Assembly (NCBI GenBank): GCA_037381445.1
Contig: JARRQT010000017.1
Coordinates: forward strand, 1 to 23,336
Origin: Calditrichia bacterium
GTDB lineage: Bacteria > Calditrichota > Calditrichia > RBG-13-44-9
Direction: 5' to 3'
Length of the DNA stretch: 23,336 bases
The notes beneath the pieces were generated by a model that was not told where the DNA came from, did no database searches, and worked only from the letters and a program-made list of their open reading frames with translations. Positions 18,051 to 23,336 of this stretch are shown in pieces. Both the position numbers and the translations under genes were made by a program. Each line of letters opens with the position of its first letter. Position 1 is the stretch's first letter.

Positions 18051-18146
18051 ATGCCGAGTGGTCGTAAACGAAAACGCCATAAAATGGCAACCCACAAGCG
18101 TAAAAAACGTTTGCGTAAGAATCGCCATAAAAAGAAAAACCGTTAG
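18051..18146 (+). CDS. 30S ribosomal protein bS22 (AURKAIP1/COX24/mS38-like basic peptide)
   Basis: Not in the ORF track. 31 aa, MPSGRKRKRHKMATHKRKKRLRKNRHKKKNR*, behind a strong SD AGGAGGTGA. It closely matches the Bacteroidetes-type pattern MPSGKKRKRHK.ATHKRKKR.R.NRHKKK. Confidence 0.92.
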   Translation: MPSGRKRKRHKMATHKRKKRLRKNRHKKKNR

Positions 18147-18256
18147 TATATTCTTTTTTTGTCGCAAATTTATTGCTTATGGTTAAAATTTTATAATATA
18201 TATTTTCAGATAACATATCCAATAAGAATTAATCAAGGCAATATAAAGAAAAATAG

Positions 18257-18307
18257 AACCGGATATTTGTCATTTAAAAGGCGAATATTCGGTTTAGTTT
18301 TGTTTTG
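18257..18307 (+). terminator. Long hairpin followed by a T-rich tail, probable intrinsic terminator
   Basis: AACCGGATATTTGTC-ATTTAAAA-GGCGAATATTCGGTT forms a 15-bp stem with 3 G-U pairs on the + strand, followed by TAGTTTTGTTTTG. Confidence 0.6.
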
Positions 18308-18327
18308 AAACGAACCCTTCGATAAAA

Positions 18328-19527
18328 ATGGACGAACGAATCTACACCGTAACAGAACTGACCCGCGAAATCAAGCAATTGCTGGAAACCAGTTTCCCGC
18401 GGCTGTGGGTGGAAGGGGAGATCTCCAATTTCAAACGACATTCCTCTGGACACCTGTATTTTACCCTGAAGGATGAAAATAGCCAGATCAGTTGTGCCAT
18501 GTGGCGTTTCCGGGCAGACAATCTCCTTTTTAAAATGGAAGACGGGATGAAAGTGCTGGCGCAGGGCGATGTTCAGGTGTACGAACGCGGCGGCAGCTAT
18601 CAGTTGATCGTATCCCAGATCCAGCCGGCCGGTATCGGGGCACTGCAGCTGGCTTTCGAGCAGTTGAAAAAGAAATTGCATGCCGAAGGTTTATTCGACG
18701 AGGCGCACAAAAAGCCGATTCCGCTCTATCCGGAATGCATCGGGGTGGTCACTTCCCCCACCGGCGCCGCTATTCGTGATATCGTGAGCGTTCTTACCCG
18801 CCGGTTTCCGGGAGTTAGAATCATCTTAAGTCCGGTGCGCGTGCAGGGGCAAACCGCCGCTTCGGAAATCGCGCAGGCGATTGAGAATTTCAATGAATTT
18901 GGCCAGGCTGATGTTCTCATTGTGGGACGCGGCGGCGGGTCGCTGGAAGATTTATGGGCATTCAATGAAGAAATGGTTGCCCGGGCAATCTTCAATTCGA
19001 AGATACCCGTAATTTCTGCCGTGGGACACGAAATAGATTACTCCATTTCGGATTTTGTGGCAGACCGCCGGGCGCCAACCCCGTCCGCGGCGGCGGAGAT
19101 GGCAGTCCGGGACCGCCAGGAACTTCTGGGGGTAGTTGCCTATTACCGTGAGAGATTTTCCACGCTACTATTGCAGAAGCTCGGCAGCCACCGGGAGCGA
19201 ATTGAAAACCTGCAGCGCAGTTATGCATTCCGGCGGCCGGAGGATTTCATTTTTCAAAAAATCCAGCGGGTGGATGAACTGACAAAAAACATACAGGTCG
19301 CCCTGCAGCACAATCTCGAAATCAAAAAGCAGCGCCTGCTTAATTCGGAAAACCAGTTGAAGGCCCTCAGCCCCACCGCCGTTCTGAAGCGCGGTTACAG
19401 CATCTGTTTCAAAGACGGCGAGGTGATAAAGGACGTCAGGCAGTTGTCGGTTTTGGATATGGTCCAGGTTCGACTGGGATGCGGACAGTTTATATCGCAG
19501 GTGCAAATGCTGGGAGAAAGCGAATGA
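18328..19527 (+). CDS. xseA: Exodeoxyribonuclease VII large subunit
   Basis: VEGEISN...SGHLYFTLKD OB-fold, TSPTGAAIRD, GRGGGSLEDLWAFN, SAVGHE, PTPSAAAE and LKRGYSI. Confidence 0.97.
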   Translation: MDERIYTVTELTREIKQLLETSFPRLWVEGEISNFKRHSSGHLYFTLKDENSQISCAMWRFRADNLLFKMEDGMKVLAQGDVQVYERGGSYQLIVSQIQPAGIGALQLAFEQLKKKLHAEGLFDEAHKKPIPLYPECIGVVTSPTGAAIRDIVSVLTRRFPGVRIILSPVRVQGQTAASEIAQAIENFNEFGQADVLIVGRGGGSLEDLWAFNEEMVARAIFNSKIPVISAVGHEIDYSISDFVADRRAPTPSAAAEMAVRDRQELLGVVAYYRERFSTLLLQKLGSHRERIENLQRSYAFRRPEDFIFQKIQRVDELTKNIQVALQHNLEIKKQRLLNSENQLKALSPTAVLKRGYSICFKDGEVIKDVRQLSVLDMVQVRLGCGQFISQVQMLGESE

Positions 19528-19766
19528 AAGAAAAGAAGACCTTTGAACAGGCCATGAAACGGCTTGAGGAAATTGCCCGTTCCCTGGAAACCGGCGACAT
19601 CTCACTGGAAGATTCCATAAAGACCTATGAAGAAGGAATCAAACTCATTGAATTTTGCCAGGCCAAATTGAACGAGGCCGAGAAGAAGGTCCAGAAATTG
19701 GGCCGCAATGCGGAGGGCAGTCTGGAAGTCACTGATATGGAGCGGCAGGAACAGGATGGAGATTGA
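19524..19766 (+). CDS. xseB: Exodeoxyribonuclease VII small subunit
   Basis: 80 aa, TFEQAMKRLEEI...LEDSIKTYEEG...LNEAEKKV, with an ATGA overlap with xseA. Confidence 0.95.
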   Translation: MKEKKTFEQAMKRLEEIARSLETGDISLEDSIKTYEEGIKLIEFCQAKLNEAEKKVQKLGRNAEGSLEVTDMERQEQDGD

Positions 19767-19936
19767 TGTTTCCGGCATAATCCGCTTGTTATTTCCGGGC
19801 GGGAATACCAGCTAAAAACAGGAAGATCCGACATTCCCCGGTTCTTTTTCCCGCCACGCATCGACGCCTTTCAACTCATACATTTTAAGTTTCGCCCACA
19901 TTTTCATAGAACCTCGGGATCCGAATGACGTAGATT

Positions 19937-20275
19937 CGGAGAAAAAAATTCCCCCATACCATGCAGCACAGGCAGGAGGCGATTCCCATCGCCGACATGG
20001 AAATAATAACGGAATTCCTGATGGTTTTAAAATCGAGAAAGGGATTCCCCACATACCTTGGCGTAGGGCTAGGAGGCGATTCCAATCACCGATGAGTAAA
20101 TAATAACAGCTTTTATGAGATTGAAGCAAGGGAGTGGATTCTCCTCATTCCAGGCGGGTGCCGACAGGAGGCAATTCCCATCGCCAATAAGAAAACAAAA
20201 GGAATACACGGGGAGCTATCTTTATGGCCGGGAAAGGGATTTCCCTCCTACTGGTGGGCAAATGCGGCCGGGAGA
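19937..20275. repeat. Degenerate tandem repeat, about 3.5 units of ~96 bp
   Basis: 20-bp cores AGGAGGCGATTCCCATCGCC (19974), AGGAGGCGATTCCAATCACC (20071) and AGGAGGCAATTCCCATCGCC (20166). A second looser block, G(A/G)GA...ATT(C/T)CC..C(A/C)T(A/T)C, has its ATT at 19948, 20044, 20138 and 20239. Confidence 0.85.
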
Positions 20276-20283
20276 TTTTTTCC

Positions 20284-20312
20284 TTGATTTTTGGAATTTC
20301 AGTTTTTATTTT
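20284..20312 (+). promoter_or_regulatory. Probable promoter of the tetR efflux operon
   Basis: TTGATT-N17-TATTTT immediately upstream of the palindromic operator. Confidence 0.4.
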
Positions 20313-20321
20313 TACCGGAAA

Positions 20322-20341
20322 GTTTAACCATATGGTTAAAC
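20322..20341. promoter_or_regulatory. Probable TetR operator
   Basis: Perfect 20-bp palindrome GTTTAACCATATGGTTAAAC ending 40 bp before the tetR ATG. Confidence 0.8.
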
Positions 20342-20380
20342 CAAATAACAAAAATATTGGCAACAACCGGACGTAACAAA

Positions 20381-20998
20381 ATGGAATACAGCAGCGAGAC
20401 AGAACAAAAAATCATTAAAGCCGCCACTGAAGTGTTTTTGCAGAAAGGGAAAGAGGGCGCCCGAATGCAGGAAATTGCCGGCCGTGCAGGAATCAACAAG
20501 GCACTGCTTCATTACTATTTCCGTTCCAAGGAGAAATTATACAACCAGGTGTTCACAAAAGAGGTCTCACAGGTATTCGAGGATTTTTTCGAGTCTATTC
20601 CCCTTGAAAAGAGAATGGAAGATTTCCTGCATACATTTGTTTTTAACTACATCGATCACATTCTTAAACACCCCCAGGTGGTGCGCTTCATGCTCTGGGA
20701 ACTGGAAAGCGGCGCAGAAAATCTGAAGGAAATTTTCCGGGGGATTTACACGTCCCGGCAGGAACGAACTCCCCTCACCATCATTCAAAGGATAGAAACC
20801 GCTATTCAGGACGGAGAGATCAGGCCGCTGGACTCTCTTCAGTTACTGATCAGTATTATCGGCGTTTGTGTATACGCGTTTGTGGCGAAGCCCCTGCTGG
20901 AAGCCCTGTTTCCAGGTGTCAATGTCACAGATCCCGCTTTTGCCGAAAAACGTAAAAAAGAAGTGTTCAATTTGATCTGGAACGGAATAAAATCTTAA
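20381..20998 (+). CDS. TetR/AcrR family transcriptional regulator
   Basis: TEQKIIKAATEVFLQKG...ARMQEIAGRAGINKALLHYYFRSKEKLY HTH. ATG at 20381 is preferred over the ORF-track start at 20291. Confidence 0.95.
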   Translation: MEYSSETEQKIIKAATEVFLQKGKEGARMQEIAGRAGINKALLHYYFRSKEKLYNQVFTKEVSQVFEDFFESIPLEKRMEDFLHTFVFNYIDHILKHPQVVRFMLWELESGAENLKEIFRGIYTSRQERTPLTIIQRIETAIQDGEIRPLDSLQLLISIIGVCVYAFVAKPLLEALFPGVNVTDPAFAEKRKKEVFNLIWNGIKS

Positions 20999-21013
20999 AT
21001 CAGGATTATTGTC

Positions 21014-22342
21014 ATGAAAATGCTAAAAAGGTATTCTGTCATCCCCATTCTCTTCATTGCGGCAATGGGAATGGCTCAATCCGGAGAACAGCCGCTTACC
21101 CTGGAACAGGCGCTTGAACTGGGCAAAAAGAACAACCTTACCTTGCAGCAGCAACAGCAGCGCGTTCTCCAGGCCAACGCCGAATTGTCTGTGCAAAAAG
21201 CGGATTTTCTTCCCGTCTTTTCAGTCAACGGAACGTACAGCTATACTTCGAAACTGGCCGAACTGCAACTTCCCTTCACACTTCCCGGCCAGGCCCCCTT
21301 CACCATCGAAGCAGGCGTAAAAAACCAGTATGATTTGAATGCCACCGTGCAGCAGCCGGTGTTTACCGGATTCCGTCTTAGAAACCAGGCGGAGTCTGCA
21401 AGAGAAGATATGCAGCAGATTAAAGAGCAGGAGCAGGCAGTCAGGAACCGGATTCTTCTGCAAATCTACAAAATTTATTACAGCGCCCAGCTAAACCTTC
21501 TGCAGCAGCAGGTTCTGCAATCCGGTCTGCTGCGGGCCCGCGACCATCTGACGCTGGTAAAAAACCTGCTGGCTGCCGAACAATCCATACCTCTGGATAC
21601 CATGAAGGTGGCTAACCAAGCGCTGAGCATTCAGACCCAGTTGAAAAAACTTCAGTACAATTATCACATTATCCTTACCCAACTGGCCCTGGTGCTCAAC
21701 ATGGAAAATATCAGCGGTGTCGAGCCTTTTTCGGCGGAAGGCATTGTCCTGGGCATCGGATATCAATCGGCGTTGAAAGCGCAGGCGGTCCAATATCGAC
21801 CGGAGCTTTCCCAAATAAAGCACCAGATTCTGGCTCAGCAATTCCGCAAGGGAATTGCACAATCCATGTATTTTCCCCAGGTATTTGCACAGGCCAGCTA
21901 TCATTATGCAAAACCGGGCGTCAATATCTTTAAAAATGAATGGATGAACTACTACCGGCTTGGTCTCAACCTGCAGTGGAAATTATGGGATTGGGGCAGC
22001 ACCCGGAATCAGGCGAAGACGGCAGAATACGCGATTCGGATTTTCGACCTGCAGCAGAAGAATTTGCTGGAATCAGTGAAACAGGAGGTCAGTCAGGCGT
22101 ATCAAAATCTGTTAAGCGACCGCGAACAGATAAAACTGACCCGGCAGCTGGTGGCCCAGGAACAGGAACGTTACCGCAGCACCCGGGACAGATTCGAGCA
22201 GGGACTGGTCACCAGCCTGGATCTGAGCGATGCGGAGGATTCGCTCACAGCCGCCGAACTTCAACTTCAGCAAAGTTATATCAATTGGCTGCAGAACAAG
22301 GCGCAACTGGATTATGCCACCGGGAAAATTGGCAACGAATAA
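21014..22342 (+). CDS. TolC-family outer membrane efflux protein
   Basis: Signal peptide, LTLEQALELG, two OEP repeats (QPVFTG; RPEL...FPQV...KLWDWG) and RFEQGLVTSLDL. Confidence 0.93.
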   Translation: MKMLKRYSVIPILFIAAMGMAQSGEQPLTLEQALELGKKNNLTLQQQQQRVLQANAELSVQKADFLPVFSVNGTYSYTSKLAELQLPFTLPGQAPFTIEAGVKNQYDLNATVQQPVFTGFRLRNQAESAREDMQQIKEQEQAVRNRILLQIYKIYYSAQLNLLQQQVLQSGLLRARDHLTLVKNLLAAEQSIPLDTMKVANQALSIQTQLKKLQYNYHIILTQLALVLNMENISGVEPFSAEGIVLGIGYQSALKAQAVQYRPELSQIKHQILAQQFRKGIAQSMYFPQVFAQASYHYAKPGVNIFKNEWMNYYRLGLNLQWKLWDWGSTRNQAKTAEYAIRIFDLQQKNLLESVKQEVSQAYQNLLSDREQIKLTRQLVAQEQERYRSTRDRFEQGLVTSLDLSDAEDSLTAAELQLQQSYINWLQNKAQLDYATGKIGNE

Positions 22343-22385
22343 ACCATGAAAACAGAATACTGCAGATAGATTTTCGGAGGAAAAT

Positions 22386-23267
22386 ATGAAGAAGTGGTTT
22401 GGAATTTTGTTAATCGTCGGCACATTTTTGATCCTCTCCTGCGGGGGAGGAAACGAAAAGAACAAAATCTTTACCGGGGTGATCGAAGGAACCGTGGTGG
22501 AAATTCCCGCTCTTACCGGAGGACAGATTCTGGGTATTTATATTGATACCGGAGACACCGTGCTGTCCGGGCAGACAATTGCACAGATCGATACCACCGA
22601 ATTGTCTTATCAGCGGCAGCAGGTGCAGGGCGGCCTGGCGGAAATAGCGGTGCAGGAAAATATCGCCCAAACCAATCTGAACCGCGCATCCAATGATCTG
22701 CAATACGTCCGGCAAAAATACCAACGTTTCGAGGAATTGCTGAAGAAGCAGTCAGTGCCGCAGCAGACCGTAGACGATCTGAAGAATCAGTTGCAGAATG
22801 CCCAGTCGGCTTATCAGACTTCGCGGCAGCAGGTCCAGAATATTGAAGCCAAAAAGGAACAATTGCAGGCCCAACTAAAATCTATTCAAAAAAAGATTGA
22901 CGATGCCACCATCACCTCTCCCATCTCAGGCACCATTTCAGAGAAATATTATGAAGACGGAGAGGCGATTCCCACCTTCAATCCCATCGCGGAAGTCATT
23001 GACCTGAAGGAAGTCTGGGTAAAAATCTATATGTCGGAAACCATGCTGCCCAATATCAAGGTGGGGCAGGAGGTGAAAATCATTCCCGACGGGACCAAAA
23101 AGACGCTGGCCGGCAAGGTAAGCTGGATCAGTCCCAAGGCCGAATTCACGCCAAAGACCATATTGACCCCGGAAACCCGAACGTCACTGGTCTACGCCAT
23201 CAAAATCACCATTCCAAATCCGGAAAAGATATTGAAACAGGGAATGCCCGTTGAGATCCAAATATGA
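22386..23267 (+). CDS. HlyD-family membrane fusion protein (YbhG-like lipoprotein)
   Basis: Lipobox LILSC, lipoyl half-motifs around a coiled coil, ISPKAEFTPKTILTPETR and LKQGMPVE. SD GGAGG. Confidence 0.93.
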   Translation: MKKWFGILLIVGTFLILSCGGGNEKNKIFTGVIEGTVVEIPALTGGQILGIYIDTGDTVLSGQTIAQIDTTELSYQRQQVQGGLAEIAVQENIAQTNLNRASNDLQYVRQKYQRFEELLKKQSVPQQTVDDLKNQLQNAQSAYQTSRQQVQNIEAKKEQLQAQLKSIQKKIDDATITSPISGTISEKYYEDGEAIPTFNPIAEVIDLKEVWVKIYMSETMLPNIKVGQEVKIIPDGTKKTLAGKVSWISPKAEFTPKTILTPETRTSLVYAIKITIPNPEKILKQGMPVEIQI

Positions 23268-23314
23268 AAATTTGAATGCCTGATCTAAAAGGATAAATCG
23301 AACCGAATATCAGC

Positions 23315-23336
23315 ATGAATGCACTGGAAATAAAAG
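23315..23336 (+). CDS. Start of a probable ABC transporter ATP-binding protein (truncated by the window edge)
   Basis: ATGAATGCACTGGAAATAAAAG reads MNALEIK. The position after a YbhG-like gene is where the ATPase is expected. Only 7 codons are visible. Confidence 0.45.

Noticed and set aside
18019..18222. 67-aa minus-strand ORF from the track
   Set aside because: It is antisense to the much better supported bS22 gene.
19974..20185. Array as a CRISPR locus (37-bp units ending in AAC in copies 1 and 2)
   Set aside because: The repeats are degenerate, the ~60-nt intervening segments resemble each other, and there are no cas genes or leader in the window.
19940..20185. Array as tandem fluoride (crcB) riboswitches, since the minus-strand GGCGAUGGGAAUCGCC resembles the 5' part GGCGAUGGAGUUCGCC
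   Set aside because: The A-rich linker and the 3' AUG-pseudoknot-UAC segment are not recognisable, and no fluoride-resistance gene follows. The window's ClC lacks the CLC-F motifs GNNLI/GREGT and is 15 kb away. A cmscan against the Rfam fluoride model would settle it.
19812..20366. ORFs of 66-105 aa across the repeat region
   Set aside because: The repeated peptides (RWESPP, RWELPP, MESPP) arise from the DNA repeat, whose successive spacings of 97 and 95 bp break the frame. No family is recognisable.

Overview
A gene-dense bacterial chromosomal window of mostly housekeeping genes. The Bacteroidetes-type bS22 peptide together with strong AGGAGG ribosome-binding sites suggests an FCB-group lineage such as Calditrichota; this is an inference. 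Gene order: nadE(-); PTS EIIA, PII-like protein, a broken DUF2007-like remnant, ClC-CBS transporter, TrmH methyltransferase and CPBP protease (all +); SatD, V4R-like protein, AlaX, feoB, feoA (all -); uvrA(+); a degenerate HepT/HEPN-like protein and a PA0069-type radical SAM enzyme (-); HU/IHF, Zn-ribbon-TPR protein, bS22, xseA, xseB (+); a ~600 bp gap; then a TetR-TolC-HlyD-(ABC) efflux operon (+). I see no rRNA, tRNA, transposase or cas genes. The main unexplained feature is a degenerate tandem array of ~96 bp units at about 19937-20275. Its conserved hairpin substitutions are tolerated as G-U pairs only on the minus strand, which suggests a structured multi-module RNA. Other points of interest are a hidden 31-aa ribosomal peptide gene, the DUF2007-like remnant inside the EIIA-PII-ClC cluster, an orphan HEPN-like protein apparently lacking its catalytic motif, an orphan SatD cyclase-like protein, and a perfect 20-bp TetR operator. 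All family assignments come from recognising motifs by eye, not from database searches.
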